This document shows positions 56,168 through 64,000 of a stretch of 64,000 nt of DNA, one piece after another. Both the position numbers and the translations under genes were made by a program. Below the pieces are notes generated by a model that was not told where the DNA came from, did not search any database, and saw nothing but the letters and a program-made list of their open reading frames with translations. The stretch is taken from NCBI GenBank assembly GCA_964504655.1, contig CAZDFD010000003.1:11979-75978 (forward strand), in the 5' to 3' direction. This DNA is from an uncultured Geminicoccaceae bacterium. Its GTDB lineage: Bacteria; Pseudomonadota; Alphaproteobacteria; Geminicoccales; Geminicoccaceae. Numbering within the stretch: the first letter of the stretch is position 1; each line of letters begins with the position of its first letter.

Positions 56168-56956
56168 GTGACGCTCGCCGACCGCATGCGGCCCGAGCCG
56201 GGCCGGCGGGTCCTCGTGACCGCCGGGGCCGCCGGCATCGGCCTCGCCGTCGCCCGCGCCTTCGCCGAGGTCGGCGCGCGCGTGCTCGTGTGCGACGTCG
56301 ACGAGGCGGCCCTCGCGGCCCTCCCGTCCGAGCCGCCGGCGATCCGCGGCGTGCCCTGCGACGTGGCCGAGGAGGCGGAGGTCGCGCGGCTGTTCGGCGA
56401 GGTCGAGGCGTGGCTCGGCGGGCTCGACGTGCTGGTCAACAACGCCGGCATCGCCGGGCCGACCGGCGGCGTGGCGGAGATCGCCCCGGCCGACTGGCGG
56501 CGGACGCTGGACGTGAACATCACCGGAATGTTCCTCTGCACGAGGTTGGCCGTGCCCCTACTCCGCAAGGCGGAGGAGCCGGCGATCATCAACCTTTCGT
56601 CGGTGGCCGGCCGGCTCGGCTACGCCTATCGGACCCCCTACGCCGCCTCGAAATGGGCGGTCGTCGGGTTCACCTCGAGCCTCGCCAAGGAGCTCGGGCC
56701 CGAGGGCATCCGCGTCAACGCGCTGCTGCCCGGCGTGGTCCGGGGCGAGCGGATCGAGCGGGTGTTCGCCGAGCGCGCCCGCACGCTCGGCGTGCCGGTC
56801 GAGGAGGTGCGGCAGGGCTATCTCCAGAAGGTCTCGCTGCGGCGGATGGTCGAGCCCGAGGACATGGCCGCCATGGCCCTCTTCCTGTGCTCGCCCGCCG
56901 GCCGCCACGTGCACGGCCAGGCGCTCTCGATCTGCGGCAACGTCGAGACGATCTGA
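56168..56956 (+). CDS. short-chain dehydrogenase/reductase (SDR)
   Basis: Carries VLVTAGAAGIGLAVA, NNAGIAG, and YAASKWAV (YxxxK). Confidence 0.85.
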   Translation: MTLADRMRPEPGRRVLVTAGAAGIGLAVARAFAEVGARVLVCDVDEAALAALPSEPPAIRGVPCDVAEEAEVARLFGEVEAWLGGLDVLVNNAGIAGPTGGVAEIAPADWRRTLDVNITGMFLCTRLAVPLLRKAEEPAIINLSSVAGRLGYAYRTPYAASKWAVVGFTSSLAKELGPEGIRVNALLPGVVRGERIERVFAERARTLGVPVEEVRQGYLQKVSLRRMVEPEDMAAMALFLCSPAGRHVHGQALSICGNVETI

Positions 56957-56960
56957 GCCC

Positions 56961-57626
56961 TCAGACCGGCGCCGCCGGCCCGGCCCGAAAGCCCGTCGCG
57001 AGCAGGTAGATCTCCGAGGACTCGGCCCGCGTCGCCCGGGGCCGCAGCAGCCGATGGCCGGCGAACCGCGCCCGCACGCCCGGCAGGATCCTGGCCTCGG
57101 CACCCTTGAGCAGCTTGAGCAGGCAGGCGCCGCCCGGGGCGAGCGCGCGCCCGGCCAGATCGAGCACCGCCTCGGCCACCGCCTCCGAGCGCAGCCGGTC
57201 GACCTCGCGCACGCCCGTGGCGTTCGGCGCCACGTCCGAGAGCAGGAGGTCGGCCGGGCCGCCGAGCAGCTCCAGGAGGCGGGCCTCGATCCCGGGATCG
57301 GTGAAGTCGCCGCGGACGAGATCGGCACCCGGCAGCGGCTGCATCTCGAGCAGGTCGCAGGCCACCACCCGGCAGCCCTTCTGCAGGGCGTACTGGGTCC
57401 AGCTCCCGGGTGCGGCACCCAGGTCCAGGACCCGCAGCCCGCGGCGCAGCAGGCCGTGGCGGCGGTCGATCTCCTCGAGCTTGAAGACCGAGCGGGCGCG
57501 GAAGCCGCGCCGGCGCGCCTCGGCCACGTAGGGATCGGCGAGCTGGCGGGCGAGCCAACGGGTCTGCCTGGCGGTCCGCCCGGCCCGCGGCCGCGGCCGC
57601 TCGCCGCCGCCGCGCGGCGCCCTCAT
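56961..57626 (-). CDS. rlmE: 23S rRNA (uridine-2'-O)-methyltransferase RlmE/FtsJ
   Basis: ATGA overlap with the ppx stop. Carries WLARQLADPYV..A...G.RARSVFKLEEID, DLGAAPGSWTQY, SDVAPN and LLKLLKG. Confidence 0.9.
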   Translation of the reverse strand: MRAPRGGGERPRPRAGRTARQTRWLARQLADPYVAEARRRGFRARSVFKLEEIDRRHGLLRRGLRVLDLGAAPGSWTQYALQKGCRVVACDLLEMQPLPGADLVRGDFTDPGIEARLLELLGGPADLLLSDVAPNATGVREVDRLRSEAVAEAVLDLAGRALAPGGACLLKLLKGAEARILPGVRARFAGHRLLRPRATRAESSEIYLLATGFRAGPAAPV

Positions 57627-58663
57627 GCCGCGGCCTGGCCCCGGAGCGCGTCCCGGAGCGAGCCGCCCATGAGCGCCGCCAGGATGCCCTCGCGCAGCCC
57701 GCGGTCGGCGACCCTCAGGCTCTCGACCGGGACCATCCGGTGCACCGCGTCGAGGATCGCGCAGCCGGCCACCACGAGGTCGGCCCGGCCCTGGCCGATG
57801 CAGGGATGCGCGGCGCGGGCGGCGTTGTCGATCGCACGCAGCCCCTCGGCCACGCTGCGGATCACCGCGAACGGCAGCCGCAGCCCGTCGACCTTGCTGC
57901 GGTCGTAGCGACGCAGGCCGATGTGCAGCGCCGCGAGCGTGGTGACCGTGCCCGAGGTTCCGAGCATCTCGACCGTGGCGCCGTTCAGGCCGGCGCAGAG
58001 CGGCCCGTCCCGGCCGAGCGCCCTGAGCCGGCCGTGCACGTGCTCGACCATCCGACCGTAGGTCGGCGGATCGATGTCGCGGCCGTAGGTCTCGGCGAGC
58101 GTGACCACGCCCAGCGGCAGCGACAGGGCGGTGCCGGGCTCGTCGTCGGCGGGGTCCGCCCGCCGGTCGAGCCACAGCAGGTCGGTGGACCCGCCGCCGA
58201 TGTCGACCACGAGGAGCTGGTCGGCCGCCGGGTCGGCCAGCGGCAGGCACCCCAGCATGGCCAGCCGCGCCTCCTCCTCGTGCGCCAGGATCTCGAGCTC
58301 GAGGCCGGTCACCCGCCGCACCCGGCGCAGGAAGTCGGCGCCGTTGGCGGCCCGCCTGCAGGCCTCGGTGGCGACGCAGCGGGCCGCCGCCACCCGGTGG
58401 CGGGCGATGATCCGGGCGCACACCTTGAGGGCTGCGAGCGTGCGCGCCATGGCCGGCTCGGACAGCCGCTCGCGCCGCGACAGCCCCTCGCCCAGCCGCA
58501 CGATGCGCGAGAAGCTGTCGACCACGGTCGAGCCCTCGACCCCGACCTCGACCACGAGCAGCCGGCAATTGTTGGTGCCGAGGTCGAGCGCCGCCAGCCG
58601 GTCGCCCGGCCTCGGGGCGAAGCGGCGCGCGGGAAGGGTGTCGGGCTCGGCCGTCGGGTGCAT
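57623..58663 (-). CDS. ppx: Ppx/GppA-family phosphatase
   Basis: Carries AALDLGTNNCRLLV, VATEACRRAANG, DIGGGSTDL and GTSGTVTTLA. Confidence 0.88.
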   Translation of the reverse strand: MHPTAEPDTLPARRFAPRPGDRLAALDLGTNNCRLLVVEVGVEGSTVVDSFSRIVRLGEGLSRRERLSEPAMARTLAALKVCARIIARHRVAAARCVATEACRRAANGADFLRRVRRVTGLELEILAHEEEARLAMLGCLPLADPAADQLLVVDIGGGSTDLLWLDRRADPADDEPGTALSLPLGVVTLAETYGRDIDPPTYGRMVEHVHGRLRALGRDGPLCAGLNGATVEMLGTSGTVTTLAALHIGLRRYDRSKVDGLRLPFAVIRSVAEGLRAIDNAARAAHPCIGQGRADLVVAGCAILDAVHRMVPVESLRVADRGLREGILAALMGGSLRDALRGQAAA

Positions 58664-58798
58664 GCTCGGGGCTGGTGGCTCGGATGGCGGCCGAGTCTAT
58701 CGTTGCCTCGGGCGGGCGCAAGGAGCGCCGGCACGGGCCTTGCGGACGCGACCGCCGGTTGCTAACCGCCGCACGTGGCGAGGTGGGGGGAGCGGACC

Positions 58799-59041
58799 GT
58801 GACGAGCGAGCGGCTGATCGCGCAGAAGGCGCCCTACCGGGTCGAGCTGGTCGCCGGCGAGACCTACTGGTGGTGCGCCTGCGGCCGCAGCGCCAAGCAG
58901 CCCTTCTGCGACGGCTCGCACAAGGGCACCGGGCTCGCCCCGCTCAAGCACACGGCCGCGGCGAGCGGTCCCGCCTTCCTGTGCGGCTGCAAGCACACCC
59001 AGCGCTCGCCGCTCTGCGACGGCACCCACAAGAGCCTCTGA
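58799..59041 (+). CDS. CDGSH-type iron-sulfur domain protein (two motifs)
   Basis: GTG with a GGGGGGAG RBS. CACGRSAKQPFCDGSH and CGCKHTQRSPLCDGTH both fit C-x-C-x2-S/T-x3-P-x-C-D-G-S/T-H. Confidence 0.8.
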   Translation: MTSERLIAQKAPYRVELVAGETYWWCACGRSAKQPFCDGSHKGTGLAPLKHTAAASGPAFLCGCKHTQRSPLCDGTHKSL

Positions 59042-59044
59042 GCG

Positions 59045-59572
59045 GTGCGGTCCGCGACCCGGACCCTGGCCGTGGCGCTGGCGCTGGCGCTGCCGGCGGG
59101 GTGCGCGCGCAAGCCGCCCGAGGCGCTGCCCTGCCCGCGGCCGGCGATCCTCGACGGCGCCCAGACGCTCGAGCGGCGGAGCGGGCCCGGCCCGGCCGAC
59201 TTCGCCTGGCGGGCGACCCTGACCGGGTTCGGCGGCGGCTGCCGCTTCGAGGCCGACGCCACGGTGATCCGGCTCGCCCTGGATCTCGCGGTCGTGGCCG
59301 GCCCGCGCGCCACCCCGGGCGCCGCGATCGAGGTGCCCTGGTTCGTGGCCGTGGCCGATCCCTCGGGCCGGGTGATCGACAAGCAGGGCTTCACCACCCG
59401 GGTCGAGCCCGCGGCCGGGCCGGGGCCGCGCCTGTTGAGCGAGCAGATCGAGCAGCGCATCCAGGGGGTCGGGGCCGCCGAGGCGCCCGCCTGGCGGGTC
59501 TATCTGGGCCTCGAGGTCGAGCCCGAGGAGGGCCTCAGGCGGCTGCGCGAGCGGGCCCGCCAGGCTCCCTAG
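59045..59572 (+). CDS. hypothetical lipoprotein
   Basis: Signal peptide with lipobox (LALALPAGC). Starts 3 nt after the CDGSH stop. Its 3' end overlaps the convergent DUF2339 gene by 38 nt. Confidence 0.6.
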   Translation: MRSATRTLAVALALALPAGCARKPPEALPCPRPAILDGAQTLERRSGPGPADFAWRATLTGFGGGCRFEADATVIRLALDLAVVAGPRATPGAAIEVPWFVAVADPSGRVIDKQGFTTRVEPAAGPGPRLLSEQIEQRIQGVGAAEAPAWRVYLGLEVEPEEGLRRLRERARQAP

Positions 59573-62183
59573 GCGGCGGCTCGGCGACGTAGCGGCGGTA
59601 GAGGAAGCCGACCCCGACGAGGCAGAGGCCGAGCGCCAGGAACGAGACCGCCCGATAGAGGCCGTCGAGCTCGGCCAGATCGAACAGGAAGGCCTTGAGG
59701 ATGGCGAGCGCGCCGACCAGGAGCGCCGCCGCCCGCAGCCAGCGCAGCCGGCGGCGGATGCCGGCGAACAGGAGGCCGGCCGCGAAGGCGAGCCAGGCGG
59801 CCGACCAGGCGAGCCACTCGGCATCGCCCGTGGGCCCATCGAGGCGCGTGCCCTGGAAGGCGTGGCGGACCTCGAGGGTGAGCCAGAGGAAGGCCAGCGC
59901 GAGCGCCGCAGCCGCGGCCGGGCGGGCGAGCACCGCCGGCGGGTCGCCCGGGCCGCCGCCGGCGCTGCGGGCGATCCGGAGGGCGATCGCCGCCGGCCCC
60001 AGATAGGCCGGCAGCAGCAGGTTGAGGACCGGCCACGGGCCGACCGGCTCGCCAGTGAGCGCCGGATTGGCGGCGAGCACGAGGGCGGCCAGCTGCAGGC
60101 AGCCGAGCGCCAGCACGAGATGGCCCGCGAGGCGCAGCGCCCGGCCGGCCGGATCGGCTCCCAGACGCCAGAGGAGGAGCGGCGTCAGGAGCCAGGCGAG
60201 CGTGGCCGAGGCGAGCATCGGCAGGCGCAAGAGATCGGCTGCGTCGGTGGCACCGGTCGCCCGGCGCAGCACGGCCGTGACCAGCAGGAGCCAGAGCAGG
60301 ACCGCCAGGCCCTGCAGCAGCTCCTCGAGCCCGGCCGCGGGCGGCGCCGGGACGCGCCGGAAGGTCCAGGCCGCGGCCGCGAGGGCCAGGAGCGGCAGGA
60401 GGTGGGCCACGGCCAGCGCCGGCAGCGGCGCGGTCGGACCCGAGAGCTCGACGCCCAGGAGGATCCGGGCCAGGAGCACGAGCCCGAGCACGGCCGCCGG
60501 CAGGCGCAGGGCCGCGAGGTCTAGCCGGGCCGCGACGTGGGCGAGTGCCGCCACCTCGAGGGCGAGCGCCAGGTCGAGCCAAGCGTCCTCGAGGGCCATG
60601 GCGAGCCCGAGGGCGAGGCCGCCCGCGGCGGCGACGGCGTAGGCGGCGAGCGCGGTCAGGAGTGCCGGCCGGCCGGCCAGACGCTGCGCCGCGAGCGTGG
60701 CGAGCAGCGCCAGGGCGAGCGCCAGGGCCGACCAGGGCGGGCTCACCGCGAGGCCCTCGAGGCGGGCGTAGGCGAGCGCCAGGGCGGCGAGCGGCACGAA
60801 GCCCGAGAGCGCCGCCCAGAAGCCGGGATGCGGGCTGCGCCGGAGCGCCGCCGCGCCGATCAGCGCCCAGCCGAGCGCCACGCCGGCCAGGGCGGCTGCG
60901 ACCGGCCGGCCCTCCGGGGCCACCCAGAAGGCCGGCTCGAGCGCCACGCTCGGGTCGCGCAGATGGCTCGTGACGAGGCTCTCGACGGGCGGCTGGACGA
61001 GTGCCGCCGCCACGAGCGTGACCGCGGCCAGGACCGCCGCCACCCAGCGCGAGGCCGGTGCGGCGAGCCCGACCAGGACCGCGGCCGCGGTGAGGAGGAG
61101 GAGGCTCGCGACCGCGCCCCGGGCGTGGGCGGTCAGGAGCTGGAGCGGCAGCTCGAGCAGTGCCGCCGCGAGCAGCATCAAGGCCGCCGCCGGCGCCAGC
61201 GCCCGGCCACCGGCGGCGCGCGCGAGGAGCCCGAGCCCGGCCACACCCAGGGCCAACAGCACGAGGCCCGGGGCGGCCGGGCTCGCCCACGCCGCGGGCA
61301 TGGCCAGGAGGACCACGGCCCAGACCGTCCCGCCCACGAGGTCGAGCCAGGCGAGCCAGGCCCAGCGGCGCAGCCCGGCCACCAGGGCCAGGCTCGCGAC
61401 GACCGCGGCCAGGTACAGGGCGAGCCCCCAGGCCGCCGGCTCGTCGCCCGCGACGAGCGCCGGTGCGGCCAGCGCGCCGACCCCGCCGAGCGCCGCCAGG
61501 AGCGCGCCGTAGCGGAGGGCGAGCGCCACCGACAGGCCGGCCGAGAGCGCCAGGAGGGCCAGCGCCACGGCGCGCGGCACGAGCCCGTAGAGCAGGTGTG
61601 CGGCGAGCGTGGCGCCGTAGAGGGCGGCGACGGCACCCGCGGCGAGCGCCGCCGGCACGAGGAAGCCCGTGCCCGCCCCGGCCGGCCGGCGCCGCCAGGC
61701 CTGCTCGGCCAGGACCAGGAGTGCCACGCCCGCGAGGTAGGCGAGCCCGGTCCGGGCGCGCGGGCCGAGAAGCCCCTGCTCGACCGCCCAGCCGGCGAGG
61801 AACAGGCCGCCCAGCACCAGCGCCAGGCCGCCGAGCCACACCAGCCAGCGCTGCGCCAGCCGGCCCTCGAGATCGACCGCGGCCGGCGCCGTCGCGCCCG
61901 ACCCGGCCGGCTCCGGCTCTGGAAGGGGCGGTTCGGGCGGGGCCGGCTCGGGCGGGGGCGGCTCGGCGGGGGCGGCCCGCGCCGGGCCCGGTTCGGCCGC
62001 GGTCGGCGCCGCGACCGCCCCGAGCCGGGCGCGCAGCTCGGCCAGCTCGCCCTCGAGCCGCCGCACCCGGCTGCGGGTCGTCCAGGCGACGATCGGCCCG
62101 GACAGGAAGAAGAGCGCGGCTGCGAGGAGGATCAGCGTCCAGACGAGCTCGTCCACCACCCCCGTCCCCGGTGCGGCCGCCAT
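59535..62183 (-). CDS. DUF2339-family large polytopic membrane protein
   Basis: Trimmed to MAAAPGTG. N-terminal TM, a coiled segment ([14 protein letters not shown]), a Pro-rich spacer, then about 20 TM helices, as is typical of DUF2339. Confidence 0.78.
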   Translation of the reverse strand: MAAAPGTGVVDELVWTLILLAAALFFLSGPIVAWTTRSRVRRLEGELAELRARLGAVAAPTAAEPGPARAAPAEPPPPEPAPPEPPLPEPEPAGSGATAPAAVDLEGRLAQRWLVWLGGLALVLGGLFLAGWAVEQGLLGPRARTGLAYLAGVALLVLAEQAWRRRPAGAGTGFLVPAALAAGAVAALYGATLAAHLLYGLVPRAVALALLALSAGLSVALALRYGALLAALGGVGALAAPALVAGDEPAAWGLALYLAAVVASLALVAGLRRWAWLAWLDLVGGTVWAVVLLAMPAAWASPAAPGLVLLALGVAGLGLLARAAGGRALAPAAALMLLAAALLELPLQLLTAHARGAVASLLLLTAAAVLVGLAAPASRWVAAVLAAVTLVAAALVQPPVESLVTSHLRDPSVALEPAFWVAPEGRPVAAALAGVALGWALIGAAALRRSPHPGFWAALSGFVPLAALALAYARLEGLAVSPPWSALALALALLATLAAQRLAGRPALLTALAAYAVAAAGGLALGLAMALEDAWLDLALALEVAALAHVAARLDLAALRLPAAVLGLVLLARILLGVELSGPTAPLPALAVAHLLPLLALAAAAWTFRRVPAPPAAGLEELLQGLAVLLWLLLVTAVLRRATGATDAADLLRLPMLASATLAWLLTPLLLWRLGADPAGRALRLAGHLVLALGCLQLAALVLAANPALTGEPVGPWPVLNLLLPAYLGPAAIALRIARSAGGGPGDPPAVLARPAAAAALALAFLWLTLEVRHAFQGTRLDGPTGDAEWLAWSAAWLAFAAGLLFAGIRRRLRWLRAAALLVGALAILKAFLFDLAELDGLYRAVSFLALGLCLVGVGFLYRRYVAEPPPREPGGPARAAA

Positions 62184-62265
62184 GCGCCGCCTCGCTGGCC
62201 CGCGGCCGCCCGCGGCGCTACATAGCCGCCGACCCGGCCACAGGACGACAGGGAACGGCACCCCG

Positions 62266-62709
62266 ATGCGCTATCTCCACACCATGATCCGCGTCAGCGA
62301 CCTCGAGACCTCGCTCGACTTCTTCTGCAACAAGCTCGGCCTGCGCGAGGTCCGCCGCATCACCAACGAGCAGGGCCGTTTCACCCTGGTCTTCCTGGCC
62401 GCCCCCGAGGACACGCTGACCGGGCCCGAGAACCGGCGCTCGCCGTTGATCGAGCTGACCTACAACTGGGATCCCGAGGTCTATACCGGCGGCCGCAACT
62501 TCGGCCACCTGGCCTACGAGGTCGACGACATCTACGCCCTCTGCCAGCGCCTGATGGACGCCGGCATCACGATCAACCGGCCGCCGCGCGACGGCAACAT
62601 GGCCTTCATCAGGACCCCGGACGGGATCTCGATCGAGCTCCTGCAGAAGGGCGCGCCCAAGCCGCCGGCCGAGCCCTGGCGGTCGATGCCCAACACCGGC
62701 ACCTGGTGA
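62266..62709 (+). CDS. gloA: lactoylglutathione lyase (glyoxalase I)
   Basis: Trimmed to [20 protein letters not shown]. Carries [17 protein letters not shown], and [16 protein letters not shown]. Confidence 0.9.
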   Translation: MRYLHTMIRVSDLETSLDFFCNKLGLREVRRITNEQGRFTLVFLAAPEDTLTGPENRRSPLIELTYNWDPEVYTGGRNFGHLAYEVDDIYALCQRLMDAGITINRPPRDGNMAFIRTPDGISIELLQKGAPKPPAEPWRSMPNTGTW

Positions 62710-62732
62710 TCCCCGGCCGGCGGCGGGCCTCT

Positions 62733-62752
62733 GCGCGCCCGGCGCGCTTTGT
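62733..62752 (+). terminator. possible intrinsic terminator after gloA
   Basis: GCGCG-cccgg-CGCGC hairpin followed by TTTGT, 24 nt after the stop codon. Confidence 0.35.
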
Positions 62753-62819
62753 AGCTGGACGATCACAACTCCGTGGGTAGACTGACTCGACCGGGTCCAG
62801 GCCCGGTCGGGAGACGCCC

Positions 62820-63086
62820 ATGGCGGAACGCCGGCTGCGCACCGGCTGGATCCTGCGCGAGCGGTGGCGGCGCGCCACCTGGACCGCGACCGCGCTCGGC
62901 GCGGCCGCCGGGCTCGTGGTCTGCTTCCTCGTGGCCCGCTCCTACCTCGCCACCGGCCACGCACCGGGCGCCGGGTTCCTGGCCGTGCTCGGGGCGATCC
63001 TGGCGCTCGCCACGCTGCTGCCCAGGCAGATCGTGGCCGCCCTCGGCCGGCGCGCCCGGCGGCGCCACCGCCTGGATTGGGGCTGA
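62820..63086 (+). CDS. small hypothetical membrane protein (88 aa, 2 TM)
   Basis: GGGAGA RBS. Third codon positions are nearly all G/C. Two hydrophobic spans are flanked by Arg-rich ends. Confidence 0.55.
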   Translation: MAERRLRTGWILRERWRRATWTATALGAAAGLVVCFLVARSYLATGHAPGAGFLAVLGAILALATLLPRQIVAALGRRARRRHRLDWG

Positions 63087-63098
63087 GGGAGCCCCTCC

Positions 63099-63845
63099 TC
63101 AGCGGCGGGCGGTCCGCACCGCCGGCGGCCCGGGCGCGCCCGCGATCTCGCGCACGAGCTTGGCCAGCACCGCCCGGCGGAAGTCGTCGAAGTCGTTGGC
63201 CACGATCATGAACGAGCCCGGCCCGCCGATCACGTGCCGCTCGTAGTAGTCGTCGAGCGCCACCTGCCGCGGGGTCGGCATGCCGAACGGCTGCGGCCGG
63301 TCGTTCAGGATCGGCAGGCCGTTGATCACGACGCCCTTGTCGAGCACCTCCCAGCGGGCGTCCTCCACCGGCCGGCCGTTGTTGTTGGTGCCGTCGCCCG
63401 ACACGTCGATCACCCGCCGCTCGCCGGCGTAGCCGTTGCCCTCGAGGAGCCCGGCGGCGTAGTCGAGCGCCCCCGAGATCGAGGTCCAGCGGCCGCGGCC
63501 GAGGGGCGCTTCGGCCAACTGCGAGGCCAGCCGCTCGCAGGCCTCGGGGCCGTCGAGCAGGGTCCAGTCGACCACCGTCTGCTGGTAGGCCGACCCGGCC
63601 CACTCGACATAGGCGACCGCGATCCGCTGCAGCCCGCCCTGCTCGATCGCCCGGTGCACGAGCGGATCCCGGAGCGCCGCCACGTAGCCCTGGCGCTGCT
63701 GGTGCGCCTCGACATCGTCGACGCTGCCGGACACGTCGACCGCGAGCACGAGCTCGAGGTCGACCGGCAGCTCCTGCGCCAGCCCCGGGCCGGCGGCGAG
63801 CAGCAGCGCCGCCGCGAGCCCGCCGAGGACGGCCGACCGTCGCAT
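63099..63845 (-). CDS. DUF1194-family (vWA-like) secreted protein
   Basis: Trimmed to MRRSAVLGG (GGGGAGGAGGGA RBS). Signal peptide, DLELVLAVDVSGSVD, IAVAYVEWAG, VIDVSGDGTNNNG and VINGLPI. Confidence 0.8.
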   Translation of the reverse strand: MRRSAVLGGLAAALLLAAGPGLAQELPVDLELVLAVDVSGSVDDVEAHQQRQGYVAALRDPLVHRAIEQGGLQRIAVAYVEWAGSAYQQTVVDWTLLDGPEACERLASQLAEAPLGRGRWTSISGALDYAAGLLEGNGYAGERRVIDVSGDGTNNNGRPVEDARWEVLDKGVVINGLPILNDRPQPFGMPTPRQVALDDYYERHVIGGPGSFMIVANDFDDFRRAVLAKLVREIAGAPGPPAVRTARR

Positions 63846-63946
63846 CGATCCCTCCTCCCCGACCGGACCCCAGGTTGACCCGGCGGCGCGGCCACGGCAA
63901 GGGCGCACCCTCATGCGCGCCACAGCGCGCCAAAGGAGGAAGCCCC

Positions 63947-64000
63947 ATGCTCGCTCCGCTGCGCCACGGCGGCGTTCCCGACCCGGCCACCCTGCTCGGC
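63947..64000 (+). CDS. 5' end of a CDS running off the window (product unknown)
   Basis: AAAGGAGGAAG RBS 5 nt before the ATG. MLAPLRHGGVPDPATLLG.. has G/C-rich third positions. Confidence 0.4.
   Translation, partial: MLAPLRHGGVPDPATLLG

Overview
Very GC-rich bacterial chromosomal segment. My hand counts of typical 60-nt lines give 70-80% G+C. Gene content and synteny (plant-type gshA, ppx-rlmE pair, DUF1194, DUF2339, TRAP and ABC uptake genes) suggest an alphaproteobacterium; this is inference only. I call about 60 protein-coding genes on both strands. I found no rRNA, tRNA, CRISPR array, transposase or integrase. At this GC content the six-frame track is full of long Arg/Pro/Ala-rich shadow ORFs. 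I accepted only frames with realistic composition, recognisable motifs and G/C-rich third codon positions, and I trimmed many starts to ATG/GTG/TTG codons with a Shine-Dalgarno-like sequence, so starts are less certain than stops. In order, the window contains: a polysaccharide-type trio (alkaline-phosphatase-family enzyme, AsnB-like amidotransferase, Wzx-like flippase); cobI, cobB, an orphan TRAP binding protein and cobS; a divergent pair made of a trypsin-like protease fused to a non-specific nuclease, facing an SGNH hydrolase; gshA, an orphan ParA and a 2-hydroxyacid dehydrogenase; assorted oxidoreductases, a GST and hyuB-hyuA; an LctP-like permease and ppk2; a cobalamin riboswitch driving btuB-tonB; MFS and EamA transporters; a DapA-family lyase; sorAB-like sulfite dehydrogenase; a CX5R phosphatase; dehydrogenases; a CUT1-type ABC uptake locus with a GDPD and a lactonase; a Uma2 nuclease; an IlvD/Edd dehydratase; a P-type ATPase; an unknown 6-TM protein and a GNAT; a MaoC-Pta / AckA / FabI / DUF3141 / small-ORF operon; an SDR; rlmE-ppx; a CDGSH protein, a lipoprotein and DUF2339; gloA; DUF1194. 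The best candidates for undescribed biology are (1) the protease-nuclease fusion plus SGNH hydrolase pair at 9.4-12.9 kb, a possible conflict, defence or toxin module, and (2) the PhaC-like/MaoC-Pta/AckA/FabI operon at 50.0-56.1 kb, a possible route from polyester or 3-hydroxyacyl units to acid plus ATP. All family assignments come from motif recognition by eye. No database search was run.
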